Assembly (NCBI GenBank): GCA_964611475.1
Contig: CAZTAB010000317.1
Location: 1 to 39,446, forward strand
Reading direction: 5' to 3'
Length of the DNA stretch: 39,446 bases
DNA from: an uncultured Verrucomicrobiota bacterium
GTDB taxonomy: Bacteria > Verrucomicrobiota > Kiritimatiellia > SLOV01
Made by a program: the position numbers and the translations under genes. This document shows positions 17,564-27,378 of the stretch, in pieces. The notes beneath the pieces were generated by a model, which made no database searches, was not told the origin of the DNA, and saw nothing but the letters and a program-made list of their open reading frames with translations. How positions within the stretch are numbered: the first letter of the stretch is position 1; every line of letters begins with the position of its first letter.

Positions 17564-19465
17564 CTACGATCCTTTGTCCGCAGGATAGAACCGTACTTCG
17601 CTCAAGCCGACCTGGACGTTGTTTCGGATGTTCAACTTTTCTTCCACCCAGTTGGCATGACCGTCATCCGCACTGGTGATGACGACGTACCGCGCCTTCG
17701 CCCCGCCGAAGTCGACCCGGAGGTCCCCCGGCTGCAGTAAATGACCGTAGGCACACGGGAGTTCTCCCTCATACACCGTCTGCCACTCTTCCGGTCTCGA
17801 GCCGCCGGTTTCCGAATATTGAATCACGATGTCACGCATCCCCGATGCGGACCAGTAGTAGTGTGGCGGAATGCCGTCGGAACGCTCCGGGTGATTGTTC
17901 TCGTTGTAGTTCCAAATCCACATCTCGCGGAGGGGCACCGCCGTCTTGAACGAAAACTCGATCCATTCACCCCCTTCCACCGTCCCGCCGCGCGCAACGG
18001 CTCCATCCGCGCCCGGACCTCCGGAAAGCCACATCGTGCAGTCGGGTTTGTGCTCGTACGGATAGGGCTTTGAACCCGGGGGCGGGCTGGTTGGATTCAG
18101 ATAGTTCACGTGAAACCTTCCGGTCGGATCGAAGCCTCCGCCATCAATGGTATAGATGGCCTCCCGGGACTTCTTCTCGCTCGAGGCCCTCACCGAAACC
18201 CCGCTGCGGGTGTCCCAACCAGAGCCGGTGTCGCCGACAAAGCCCCGTGGCTCCGGGTTCCGGACGTCGATGCAGACCACCTTGCCCCCAGAATCCCGGC
18301 AATAGATACGACCGCCGTCAAAGGTGGGCGCGGTCCAGCAGGTGCCGGGCAGAACCTTTGCCCTCGCAAGAGGCTGAAACGAATCAGGATTGGGCCTGGC
18401 CACCAGCAACTCCCCTGATTCACTCAAAATCAGAAGGCGGCGCCCGGCCAGGGAGAGAGCACCAACGCCCAGCCCCTCGTGCCTCCACTTCAATTCGCCG
18501 GTCCGGATGTCAAGGCAACGCAGTTCGCCGCCGGAATCCGACACCTGCCCGTCAAATCCATACAGATAACTGTCGTGCAATACACCCGATGAAACATTAT
18601 TCGCAAGGTTCGTGTTCTGCCAAATCACCGTGACCTCCGGGGGCGTCGGCGAAATCAGCGCGCAGCCCGGACCGCTGAAGGACGACAGGAAAATCCGCCC
18701 CTCATGCAGCAAGGGCATTGCCGCATTGACATCGCCATTAGAGTTCCAGGGATATTTACTCAGGAGGGCGCCGGTCTCCGCCTCCACCACGACCAAGCCG
18801 CGGCGCATGAAACAGGCGATGGAGGGTTTCCCGTTTACATCCAGAACCACCGGCGAGGAATAAGCCGCGTTAAAATCGTCCGTGGACCACTTGATATCCC
18901 CCGTCTTGCGATCCAACGCAACGATGCGTCCCACGTCATACACAACCGTGTCCTCGTGGATCAACGGCGAACAGGCCAACCCCCAGTTCGGCAGGGAAAA
19001 ACCAAATTCCTCGTTTACGCCGACATCCGGCAGTGATTTCTTCCAGACCAACTGACCCGAGCGCGCGTTCACGCAGTGCATCTGGCCATTCCAACTCATG
19101 GTGAACACGTAGTCATCGTCAACGGCCGGGGTCGACCGGGGCCCGAAAAACGATTTGCGCTCCTCCGGACAATCATAGGTGAAGGCCCATCGCACCTCCC
19201 CATTTTCCGCGTCCAGACGGTAAACGGTTTCAACGCCGGACTGGTTTCCCATGGTGACAGCGTACCCCTTGTGAACGACGACGGCGGAGTATCCTTTCCC
19301 CACCTGCGCCTCCCACAGCGTGGCAGGCGACTCGCCAATCCAGTGCGTCCAATCGGAATCCCGCACCCGGCCGTCACGATCTGGCCCGCGATACCCATTC
19401 CACTCGATTCCAGCAACCGCGCTTCCGCCGACCAGGATCAGCGAAGTCAGCAAGAAATTCTTCAC
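17564..19465 (-). CDS. Secreted PQQ-like (BamB-type) beta-propeller protein with C-terminal discoidin (F5/8 type C)-like domain
   Basis: Likely GTG start at 19465, preceded by AAGGGGGT, giving the signal peptide VKNFLLTSLILVGGSAVAG; the track ORF extends to 19531. Repeated propeller strands: GEVRWAF, GQLVWKK, GDIKWST, GELKWRH. The C-terminal ~150 aa (WIEFSF...REMWIWNYNE...ARYVVITS...GLSEVRFY) resemble a discoidin/carbohydrate-binding module. Confidence 0.85.
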   Translation of the reverse strand: MKNFLLTSLILVGGSAVAGIEWNGYRGPDRDGRVRDSDWTHWIGESPATLWEAQVGKGYSAVVVHKGYAVTMGNQSGVETVYRLDAENGEVRWAFTYDCPEERKSFFGPRSTPAVDDDYVFTMSWNGQMHCVNARSGQLVWKKSLPDVGVNEEFGFSLPNWGLACSPLIHEDTVVYDVGRIVALDRKTGDIKWSTDDFNAAYSSPVVLDVNGKPSIACFMRRGLVVVEAETGALLSKYPWNSNGDVNAAMPLLHEGRIFLSSFSGPGCALISPTPPEVTVIWQNTNLANNVSSGVLHDSYLYGFDGQVSDSGGELRCLDIRTGELKWRHEGLGVGALSLAGRRLLILSESGELLVARPNPDSFQPLARAKVLPGTCWTAPTFDGGRIYCRDSGGKVVCIDVRNPEPRGFVGDTGSGWDTRSGVSVRASSEKKSREAIYTIDGGGFDPTGRFHVNYLNPTSPPPGSKPYPYEHKPDCTMWLSGGPGADGAVARGGTVEGGEWIEFSFKTAVPLREMWIWNYNENNHPERSDGIPPHYYWSASGMRDIVIQYSETGGSRPEEWQTVYEGELPCAYGHLLQPGDLRVDFGGAKARYVVITSADDGHANWVEEKLNIRNNVQVGLSEVRFYPADKGS

Positions 19466-19712
19466 TCTTACCCCCTTTTTATCTCTCTCATCCTCCAGAC
19501 AACGTGTACAGCCCCTCCCTGCCTGGCCCAACCCGACGGAATGGTAGAACAGGACCGGTGGCCCTGTCCATGAGCTTGAACAGGAGAATCAGGGTACATG
19601 ACAAACCGATACGATTGCTCCACTCCTTCCCTTCTCCAGCCCCGGGGGAGACACCCAATCCCCAGAGTGCCTCAATGGGCCTACAATCGATGTAGAGTGC
19701 GCATCCGTGAGT

Positions 19713-20546
19713 TCAGGGTCCCGGACGCCCCGCTCGCTCACGATTCACCCTCCACTGCTCGAACGTTTCAACCGAGCCCGGTTGGGCCCGGCTTCGGGCC
19801 ACGAACGCGGGATACTTATCAAAAAGCCATTCGAGGGGCTGCCCGGTTTCGCTGTAGCGCAAATCGATGCTCCAACGGACACCCTCGCTGGTATTTATGC
19901 CGGACGAATGAAAGGTCCTTGCCCCGAAAGCCAACACATCTCCCGGCTTCATCCAAACGTCCACGGGATGGCCTCGTGCCTCCACGTCCTCGTCGGGCAC
20001 CAGGGCGCGAACACCCTCCACCTTGTGTACCGGCAACACGCCCCAGGCATGACTGCCCGGAATCACCCGTATGCATCCGTTCCGCTCATCGACGTCGACC
20101 AACGGCAGCCAGAGGCTGAGGATCGGGACATCGTACGACCTCGGCCCGTAGTAGACGCAGTCCTGATGCCAAGGCAGTGAAGTCTGTCCTTCCCCCGGCA
20201 ATTTCGGGCGGACCCAAAAGTCACCATTCGCGGTAATCTCGGGCGTCCCGAGCAAATCCTCCGCGAGGTCAAGCAGCGCCGGGTGGCTCGCCAGGCCGTA
20301 AACAGGTTCACCGAAAACCTCTGAGTTCCAGCTCCGCTTCGTCTGGGCAACCTCCTGGTGCAGGACGGCCAAACGCCTCTCAAGCGGAAGGTCTTCACAC
20401 AGATCATTGATTTCGCCCGTCTCAAAGAGACACCGAGCCCGCTCGTCAACCACCGATTGGAGAACTTTTCGCAACGGATCGAAATCACTGTCGCAGAGCA
20501 CGCCGGGCGCCACCACATACCCGTTTTCGTCAAAAAAGCGCTTCAA
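19713..20546 (-). CDS. PhyH-family Fe(II)/2-oxoglutarate dioxygenase (paralogue 3)
   Basis: Motifs FFDENGYVVAPGVL, HxD in PWHQDCVYYG, NGCIRVIPGSHAWG, distal His in GDVLAFGARTFHSSGIN, WSIDLRY. Confidence 0.88.
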   Translation of the reverse strand: MKRFFDENGYVVAPGVLCDSDFDPLRKVLQSVVDERARCLFETGEINDLCEDLPLERRLAVLHQEVAQTKRSWNSEVFGEPVYGLASHPALLDLAEDLLGTPEITANGDFWVRPKLPGEGQTSLPWHQDCVYYGPRSYDVPILSLWLPLVDVDERNGCIRVIPGSHAWGVLPVHKVEGVRALVPDEDVEARGHPVDVWMKPGDVLAFGARTFHSSGINTSEGVRWSIDLRYSETGQPLEWLFDKYPAFVARSRAQPGSVETFEQWRVNRERAGRPGP

Positions 20547-20629
20547 GGGAAAATGCTCCTCTGGCTCGCCCCTTCAATTCTCCCGTCCGCCAGACGCGGC
20601 CGATCTCCAAACAGCCCGACAGATCATGC

Positions 20630-21613
20630 TCACGATCCGTACTCGTACCTGTACTCCACCGGACCGCCTGCAAGACAACGTTCAATCAATCGCGACTGGA
20701 GGACCCGCGCAAGACACATGGTCCGGTCCGCTGCGCCGTAATAGATTTTTAACTCGTCGGGTTCGCCGTGCGCTATCACCGCGGTGGGGAACACAACCAT
20801 CGGGCAGTTTCCGTTCATTTCATACGGCTCCTCCGGCCACATCAGGCACTCCTGCATCTTGCCGATAATCCGGGAAGGGTCCTCCAGATCAAGCAGCATA
20901 CACCCCATGGAGTACATCAGCCCGTTCATGTGCTCACGGCAGCCGTGGTACAGGACGAGCCAACCTTCAGGCGTCCGCAGCGGCACCGCGCCCGGCCCAA
21001 TTTTCGCGCTCTCCCAATACCGCGCGCCCTTCTGCAGCAGGATTTTCGTACGTCCCCAGTGCTCGAGGTCGGGAGAATAGGATATAAAAATCTCGCCGAG
21101 ATCCCCCTGTCCGTGAGGCCGCTCCAGACGAACATAGGCGTCATCGATCTTCTCCGGAAAGAGCACGCAGTTCCGATGATCCGGGCCCGTAAGGAACCCC
21201 AGATCCTCGATAGTCTCAAAATCCGTCGTCCGCGCCAGCCGGATTCTCCCGCCCGCGCCGGGCGCATAGGTGTTGTAGGTGATGTAATACGCGCCCGCAA
21301 GAGGTGTGATCCGGGTATCAAAAATTCCCGTGTCCGGTTGGTATGGATACTCCCTCGGCGGCTCGATCAGATCGCGGTCCTGGACTTCAAACCGAACGCC
21401 GTCCCGGCTCCGCGCGGCGAGGAAACGGGGAACAAACTCCGCGTCCCACGCGTTCACCAGCATGACAATCTGATCCCCGGCCACGACTGCGCCGCTGTTG
21501 AAGACGCACTGACCGCGGAACGGAAGATCCGCGACGGTCACAATCGGATTCGCGGACTCGCGAACAATTAAGCTCTGCTTTGTATCAACCACGCAAGTAG
21601 CAGAATTCTCCAA
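20630..21613 (-). CDS. GH130-family glycoside phosphorylase/hydrolase (beta-mannoside type fold)
   Basis: TTG start at 21613; in-frame TGA TGA lie just upstream. Motifs NPIVTV, VFNSGAV, ARSRDGVRFEV, YYITYN, LARTTDF, NCVLFPEKI, SYSPDLEHWG, KIGPGAVPL, GWLVLYHG, YSMGCMLLDLEDP, IYYGAAD. No signal peptide. Confidence 0.88.
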   Translation of the reverse strand: MENSATCVVDTKQSLIVRESANPIVTVADLPFRGQCVFNSGAVVAGDQIVMLVNAWDAEFVPRFLAARSRDGVRFEVQDRDLIEPPREYPYQPDTGIFDTRITPLAGAYYITYNTYAPGAGGRIRLARTTDFETIEDLGFLTGPDHRNCVLFPEKIDDAYVRLERPHGQGDLGEIFISYSPDLEHWGRTKILLQKGARYWESAKIGPGAVPLRTPEGWLVLYHGCREHMNGLMYSMGCMLLDLEDPSRIIGKMQECLMWPEEPYEMNGNCPMVVFPTAVIAHGEPDELKIYYGAADRTMCLARVLQSRLIERCLAGGPVEYRYEYGS

Positions 21614-21625
21614 GGACCCCGATCA

Positions 21626-21641
21626 TCAACGGCAACGTTGA
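21626..21641. promoter_or_regulatory. Inverted repeat TCAACG-GCAA-CGTTGA in the GH130 leader
   Basis: Perfect 6-bp arms, 13 nt upstream of the GH130 TTG start, in the 169-bp divergent region. Confidence 0.25.
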
Positions 21642-21751
21642 AAATGCAAGCCTACATTCGGCTCTGGTCATTTGCTTCACCCCCGGTGCCTTCCGGTCAA
21701 CCCAAGGCGACACAGAGTTCCGAAATCCAGAGTCCCTGAACTATTGGTTTT

Positions 21752-21768
21752 TTCAATGTTGGATTGAA
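21752..21768. promoter_or_regulatory. Inverted repeat TTCAAT-GTTGG-ATTGAA ahead of the beta-propeller operon
   Basis: Perfect 6-bp arms ending 15 nt upstream of ATG 21783, just before the G-rich SD. Confidence 0.25.
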
Positions 21769-21782
21769 TCGGGGGGGATTTC

Positions 21783-23384
21783 ATGAGAAGGAAAGCCATG
21801 ACCACGGCAACTCCGATCGATATCGGCGATCGAAAACAGTTATTTCTCGATGAGACATTCTTCGCCGCCCGCGACGGCGTAAATCTGACCGTACACTCGC
21901 CCGTGGACCGGGGGATTGCCATCCAGGCAGACCAGCCGTGGGAAAGCACTGCCGCCTGCAACTGGTGCGTTGTGGTGCACGACCCGAAACTCGGCCACGT
22001 CAAGATGTACTACGAGGCATACCGGGCGCTCCCCAGGAAATCGAACGGCCAGCCAAACTTTGACCGCCGGATGTGCTGTGCCATATCCCATGACGGCGTC
22101 CGCTGGGAGAAGCCAGACCTTGGCATCTATGAGTTCGAGGGCAGCCGCGACAACAATATCGTGTTCATGGGGGAAGAGGACGCGGAGTCCGCCGACGGCA
22201 TCGCCACCTCTGCCGGCCGCCGCGCCTATGACCAGATGGGGAGCGTCGTGATCGACGAGGACGACGAGCCTGGGAGGCGCTACAAAATGCTGTTCTGCGG
22301 GTCGGAGTGCAAAATGCGGGCAGCGACTTCCCCTGACGGATTCCGCTGGACGGTGCTCAATGATTGGAAGCCGGTCTCCGAACAGGGCGCAGATTCAGGG
22401 AACATTTTCTTCAGGGACGATTCCCTCGGCAAGTGGGTGGGCTATTTCCGAATGTGGGATGCCATGCGGCGCATCAGCCGAATCGAGACCGATGACTGGA
22501 CCGCATGGCCCAAGCGCTCCCGGGAAAACGTTATCCTCGGGCCCGACGAGCTGGATGCCTATGACAGGTACCTCGATGCGCCCTGCTTTCGGCCCGGCGA
22601 GTTCATAGACAACGTGATCGACGGACGGCGATACGATCCCGACGGCCCAAGGGAACGATTCGTCTGGTGTACCGACAACGTCGACCAGATCGACGGAATC
22701 GATTTCTACAACCAGCCGGTAACGAAATATACGCATGCGGACCGGGCCTATATCATGCCCTTCACCGCCTTCTGCCACCGGCCGAACCTGATGGAGATCC
22801 AACTGGCGATCAGCCGCGACGGCATTCACTGGAGCCGGCCGGGGAACCGCCAGGCATGGATTCGCCCACCCGTCGACGAGTTCGTCGGCGTCATGTATTG
22901 CGGGCCCGGGATGGTACAGGACGGTCCGCGACTCTACCACTACCACAGCTGTATGCCGGAATGGCACGGCTGGGGAAAACCGGGGCAGCACGAGATCGTT
23001 GAACCACCTCGATTCAGCGGATCGGTCCGCCGCGTGGAACTACGCCTGGATGGATACGTCTCGGCCGCCGCGGAAAACATGGAGGGCGGATTCGTCACTC
23101 CACCGTTCGTCTTCGAAGGAAGCCGGTTAGAACTGAACGTTGATACCGGGGCCAGTGGCCGGGTTGATGTCGAACTGGTTCGTGTCCACGGGGATCCGGT
23201 ACGGGGGTACCGGATCCCGGAGTTCGACCGGGAAAGTTGCGACACGATTGTTTGCAACGAAACCCGCCGAATCGTCACGTGGAATGGAAACAGCGACGTC
23301 TCCCCGCTTGCCGGCGTGCCCATCCGGATGCATGTGCGCATGCGCCGCGCCAACCTCTACGCGTTCCAGTTCGTAAAAGAGTGA
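21783..23384 (+). CDS. Asp-box beta-propeller + C-terminal beta-sandwich glycosidase-like protein, family not assignable (paralogue I)
   Basis: 533 aa with no signal peptide. N-terminus RKQLFLDETFF. Several SxDGxxW Asp-box-like motifs: SHDGVRWEKP, SPDGFRWTV, SRDGIHWSRP. C-terminal tail AGVPIRMHVRMRRANLYAFQF. Paralogous to 30920-32479, and more distantly to 29088-30611. Confidence 0.8.
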   Translation: MRRKAMTTATPIDIGDRKQLFLDETFFAARDGVNLTVHSPVDRGIAIQADQPWESTAACNWCVVVHDPKLGHVKMYYEAYRALPRKSNGQPNFDRRMCCAISHDGVRWEKPDLGIYEFEGSRDNNIVFMGEEDAESADGIATSAGRRAYDQMGSVVIDEDDEPGRRYKMLFCGSECKMRAATSPDGFRWTVLNDWKPVSEQGADSGNIFFRDDSLGKWVGYFRMWDAMRRISRIETDDWTAWPKRSRENVILGPDELDAYDRYLDAPCFRPGEFIDNVIDGRRYDPDGPRERFVWCTDNVDQIDGIDFYNQPVTKYTHADRAYIMPFTAFCHRPNLMEIQLAISRDGIHWSRPGNRQAWIRPPVDEFVGVMYCGPGMVQDGPRLYHYHSCMPEWHGWGKPGQHEIVEPPRFSGSVRRVELRLDGYVSAAAENMEGGFVTPPFVFEGSRLELNVDTGASGRVDVELVRVHGDPVRGYRIPEFDRESCDTIVCNETRRIVTWNGNSDVSPLAGVPIRMHVRMRRANLYAFQFVKE

Positions 23385-23414
23385 ACAGGATTGTTTCCAG
23401 ACAAAGTCTGCGAG

Positions 23415-25274
23415 ATGAAAACCCTCATGAAAAATCGAGATGCCTTGCTCCTTGCAGGCCTGGTCGTTCTTGAATCAGGAACGGCTGCAGCTAGGGCGGA
23501 GCCTTCACCACAGACTTTTCAAGACTGGAACCTCGTCGTCGCAGAAAATGCAATTGCTTCCGAGATCTATGCAGCGGAAGAGTTCCAGCGCTTATTCTTC
23601 GATGCAACGGGTATCAAACTTCCCGTGAGCCGGGATTTTTCCGGAGGAACAAACAGCTTTTTTATCGGAGCCAGCAATGCCCTGACCGAAAGCGCACTCG
23701 GTCACGCCATGAATGACCCGCTCGCGTCGGATGATATCCGCCTTGTGGTTGCAGAGGGAAACGTTGCCATCCTCGGCGGGCGGCCCCGCGGAACGCTGTA
23801 CGCCGTGTACCAGTTTCTGGAGGACCGGCTCGGCGTCCGGTTTTTGACCCGGGACCACACTCATGTGCCAAACCTCCGCGACCCCGGAATCCTGCGGGAA
23901 AAGGATCTGCTTCGACCGCTCGACTACACCCATCGCCCCCAGCTCAAGTGCCGCCTGATCTACTACACGGACGTCATGGATCAACCGGAATTTTCCGCCC
24001 GCCTACGCGTGAACGCCACAGCGCCGGGGTTCTTGTCGAAGCACGAAGAGCGAGCAAGGAAAATTGGCGGCTTCGTGGATCCGAATCCGTTTCTTCTTCT
24101 TCACTCCGTCGGATCATGGGCAAACGGCATCAACAAGGAAAGAGACCCCACGGTCATGGCTTTGTGGAACGCGGCCCGGAGCCCGAATCAGCCCTGCCTG
24201 AGCCATCCGGATGTAATCGAGGCGGTCACCCGAAATGTCAAGGCAGCGGCGAGAAAGGCGGCCCCGGGCAGCCTCCTCCGAGTCGTGCAGGAGGATGCTC
24301 CGAGATGCGAGTGCGACCGGTGCAGGGATGTCTGGGCCCAGCACGGCGACAAGGCTTCTGCCGTCGTGATCCGGCTGGTCAACCACCTCGCCCGGGAACT
24401 GTCGGCAATGGGCCGACCCGACATCACGGTTGGAACCCTGGCCTATGCCTGGTCAGCTCAACCGCCGGACGATCTTCCCGTGGAACCGGGTGTCCGCATC
24501 CAGTTCGCCACCTACCACGGCTGCCTGCAGCATGGATACAGATGCCCCGAATGCCCAACGAACATGGGGATGCACGCCGACATTCAACAATGGAGGCAAT
24601 TGTGCGACGACCTCATCTTCTGGCACTACACGCTAAATTTCTCCGACTACCTCCAGCCACCCGTCAACGTCGAAAGCCTTGGCCTGCAATTAAAGGCCAT
24701 GCACGACACCGGCACGAAGGGAATCTTCCTGCAAGGCCCCGGGTCCGGAATAAACGCGCCGTTCGCGGACATGGTCATCTACGTGGCCGCTCACCTGTTA
24801 TGGGACCCAAACATCGATCCCATGCGACTGGTCAACGAGTTCGTGGACCTGCACTACGGGTCGGCCACACCGCACATTCACGAGTTTCTCGCCCTCATAA
24901 GGCGAACGCTTCAAAACAATCCGGGACACTCGAACTGCAACGGCCACCTCCGGGAGTGGGGCCTGTCCCCGGACGTGGGGTTTCAAGGAATCGAGATATT
25001 CAACCGCGCACTTGCGACGGCGGATTCCCACCATGTGCGCGCCCGCGTGGAAAAGGCGTCCATAGGTGCCTATCGACTCGCCCTTGGAACGTACTTCAAA
25101 AACGAGGAGCCGGTTCCGGAAGAGAAACGGGGAACAATCCGGGACCTGGCGCGAACCCTCTTTCAACTGACTGATGTTCACAACGTGGCGGAGTATTTGG
25201 AAGGCAGGCGCATGGATGTCGCAAAAAGGAATGTGCGCAAAGCATTGGGAATGGCGGAGGACGAGGCATTCTGA
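23415..25274 (+). CDS. DUF4838-like secreted protein, glycoside-hydrolase-like (paralogue B)
   Basis: ATG 23415 gives the signal peptide MKTLMKNRDALLLAGLVVLESGTAAARA. Motifs LVVAENAIASEIYAAEEFQRLF, LGGRPRGTLYAVYQFLEDRLGVRFLT, CECDRC. Starts 30 nt after the upstream gene's stop. Confidence 0.85.
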   Translation: MKTLMKNRDALLLAGLVVLESGTAAARAEPSPQTFQDWNLVVAENAIASEIYAAEEFQRLFFDATGIKLPVSRDFSGGTNSFFIGASNALTESALGHAMNDPLASDDIRLVVAEGNVAILGGRPRGTLYAVYQFLEDRLGVRFLTRDHTHVPNLRDPGILREKDLLRPLDYTHRPQLKCRLIYYTDVMDQPEFSARLRVNATAPGFLSKHEERARKIGGFVDPNPFLLLHSVGSWANGINKERDPTVMALWNAARSPNQPCLSHPDVIEAVTRNVKAAARKAAPGSLLRVVQEDAPRCECDRCRDVWAQHGDKASAVVIRLVNHLARELSAMGRPDITVGTLAYAWSAQPPDDLPVEPGVRIQFATYHGCLQHGYRCPECPTNMGMHADIQQWRQLCDDLIFWHYTLNFSDYLQPPVNVESLGLQLKAMHDTGTKGIFLQGPGSGINAPFADMVIYVAAHLLWDPNIDPMRLVNEFVDLHYGSATPHIHEFLALIRRTLQNNPGHSNCNGHLREWGLSPDVGFQGIEIFNRALATADSHHVRARVEKASIGAYRLALGTYFKNEEPVPEEKRGTIRDLARTLFQLTDVHNVAEYLEGRRMDVAKRNVRKALGMAEDEAF

Positions 25275-25392
25275 CCGCTGCGGCGGAAGATCACCCGGAG
25301 GCGCTACCGCAGGAGGCACGGGTTGACCGCATTCTTCCGCGGGGAGACCGCATGATGCCAAGTATATTACAACATGTTAAAGGTTGAATGAA

Positions 25393-26085
25393 ATGATGCA
25401 GAAATCAGATTCTATCGCACCGGAACTCGTTGAATCCTACCGCCAAGATGGTTTCCTGATCGTTCGGAACCTCTACGATCCCACCGTCATGTCGGATTGG
25501 AAGCGGAAAATCATCGAAATCATGCGCGCGGACGGCACGATTAACGATCCGGTTGGGGTGCGGGTCTGGCAACACGAAGCATTGGACTCCGAGTTGCTTC
25601 GAGGCATGGCCGATCCCAAGGTGGTCTGCATCCTGCAGGCCCTGACCAATCCATGCGTCGAGTTTCTAAGCGGCAAGGCCGTATTCAAATCAGCCGACAC
25701 CGATTTCGCATCCCCATGGCACCACGACTGGGCATACTGGAAAGGCACGCACAAGATCTCGATCTGGATTGCCCTGGATCCGGCCGACCGGTCGAACGGA
25801 TGCCTGAAAATGATCCCCGGGAGCCACCGAAAAGCCATGAAGTGCAACTTCACGGAGGAGGGCATCGGCTTTGGCTGGCGGGTCGACCAGGCGGCGGTGG
25901 ACCGACTACCGCTCGAGGTTATCGAAGTGAGTTCAGGCGACGCGGTCTTCTTTCACGACCTCACGGTTCATGCCTCCTACCCCAACACAGCGAAGAAGGA
26001 CCGCTGGTCCTTCATCGCGACTTACAGGGACGCGTCGATTCCAGACGAGTCGACGGTGTGGAAGTCGGGGATGCCAGTGACATAG
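25393..26085 (+). CDS. PhyH-family Fe(II)/2-oxoglutarate dioxygenase (paralogue 4)
   Basis: ATG 25393, with AAGG ~9 nt upstream; the track start 25384 is TTG. Motifs GFLIVRNLY, HxD in PWHHDWAYWKG, NGCLKMIPGSHRK, distal His in GDAVFFHDLTVHASYPN. Confidence 0.88.
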   Translation: MMQKSDSIAPELVESYRQDGFLIVRNLYDPTVMSDWKRKIIEIMRADGTINDPVGVRVWQHEALDSELLRGMADPKVVCILQALTNPCVEFLSGKAVFKSADTDFASPWHHDWAYWKGTHKISIWIALDPADRSNGCLKMIPGSHRKAMKCNFTEEGIGFGWRVDQAAVDRLPLEVIEVSSGDAVFFHDLTVHASYPNTAKKDRWSFIATYRDASIPDESTVWKSGMPVT

Positions 26086-26088
26086 CCC

Positions 26089-26110
26089 GAGGGTCCGGCC
26101 CGGCACCCTC
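26089..26110 (+). terminator. GC-rich hairpin just after the PhyH paralogue 4 stop
   Basis: GAGGGT (26089-26094) pairs with ACCCTC (26105-26110). The loop is itself GC-palindromic. No U-tract. Sits in a 314-bp convergent gap. Confidence 0.3.
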
Positions 26111-26399
26111 AGAACTCGCAGCTTGATGCCAAGATGCGAAACGTCGTCATGCAAAGGTCCTACTGCACAGGCCCTCCGTGATCCTGCTCATTCCCGTCGC
26201 ATTGCAGCAATCGAAAAGAACACGGGATTCGGGCAGGACTTGTCCCCCACGTCCCCCAGAGATAGATCGTCAGATGGTTTGTGTGGGCACTCTAGCTAAA
26301 ATTTACTCCAATAAAGTTCCCAATCACGCCGGAAAAAGGCCTCGTGTCCGATATCCTTCCAAAGGAACCTACGTGAAACGAGTTGTCGCTTCAGGGCTC

Positions 26400-27290
26400 T
26401 CATTTCCCCGTCCGCGATTCCGCCGCCTTCCTGTACTCCCCGGGCGTTTCGCCACGTAAGTGCGGCTCCAAAATGTCTTCGGTACCCTTGTATGCGTAGG
26501 GATCTTCCCCGCATACCATGACGATGTCGCGCATGTCTTCTTTCAACTCAAGGCGGCCGCTGCAACCCCAAGGCAACAGCGACTCGGCGCTCATGGCGTG
26601 AACAACCAGGGCCCGGCGGAACCGATCCCTCGTCGTGTTGTCGAGGGACCGGTGCAGCAGGTACCCATTAAAGAAGATCACAGACCCCTTTCTTACATTG
26701 ACCGGAACAGCGTCCTCTTCGCTGTGTGGGAAACCGTATGAGCTCTGGGTGGGGCCGGAAATCCTCGGATCCCGGTTCGGCCCCATCTGCCAAAGAACAC
26801 CCGAACGGTGCGAGCCGGGAATGACCCACAGTCCCCCGTTCTCCACATCCGCATCGTCCAGGGCGACCCACACTCCGCACAGCGAACGGTCCCGCGTCGG
26901 AACGAAGTACTCGTCCTGATGCCAGCCCTGACCCCGGTTGCCAGGGCCCTTCACGAAAAACTGCGTCTGCATGCACTTGACGTTGGGGCCAATAATCGAC
27001 TGAAGAACACGAACGATCGCGGGATGCCGAATGAAGTCATGAATGATCCCGGAAACCTTGTGCGGATAGTGCAAAGCGAGATATCGGTCGAGTGTTGTCT
27101 CTTCAGATTCACCGGGATCGCCCGGACTCACGCCCCGGATGTCCGCGCGGCCCCTGAATAGAGCCAAAGCCTCCTGCAGCAAAGGGAGTATTTCCCCCCC
27201 TGGAATCAACTCATCGGCAACCACATACCCATTCTCTCGATAGAAATCGGCGTGAGCCACTTGAACATTTCCTCCGGAAATTCTCATCAC
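26400..27290 (-). CDS. PhyH-family Fe(II)/2-oxoglutarate dioxygenase (paralogue 5)
   Basis: GTG at 27290 is followed immediately by ATG at 27287. Motifs FYRENGYVVADELI, HxD in GWHQDEYFVP, NGGLWVIPGSHRSG, distal His in GSVIFFNGYLLHRSLDN. Confidence 0.88.
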   Translation of the reverse strand: MMRISGGNVQVAHADFYRENGYVVADELIPGGEILPLLQEALALFRGRADIRGVSPGDPGESEETTLDRYLALHYPHKVSGIIHDFIRHPAIVRVLQSIIGPNVKCMQTQFFVKGPGNRGQGWHQDEYFVPTRDRSLCGVWVALDDADVENGGLWVIPGSHRSGVLWQMGPNRDPRISGPTQSSYGFPHSEEDAVPVNVRKGSVIFFNGYLLHRSLDNTTRDRFRRALVVHAMSAESLLPWGCSGRLELKEDMRDIVMVCGEDPYAYKGTEDILEPHLRGETPGEYRKAAESRTGK

Positions 27291-27378
27291 CTACCAGAGC
27301 CTACCAAGAAGGCGTTCTTTCGACAAGACAGGCCGGGATGTCATGACAGATCTCCCCGTCTTACCCAATAAATGTCGA

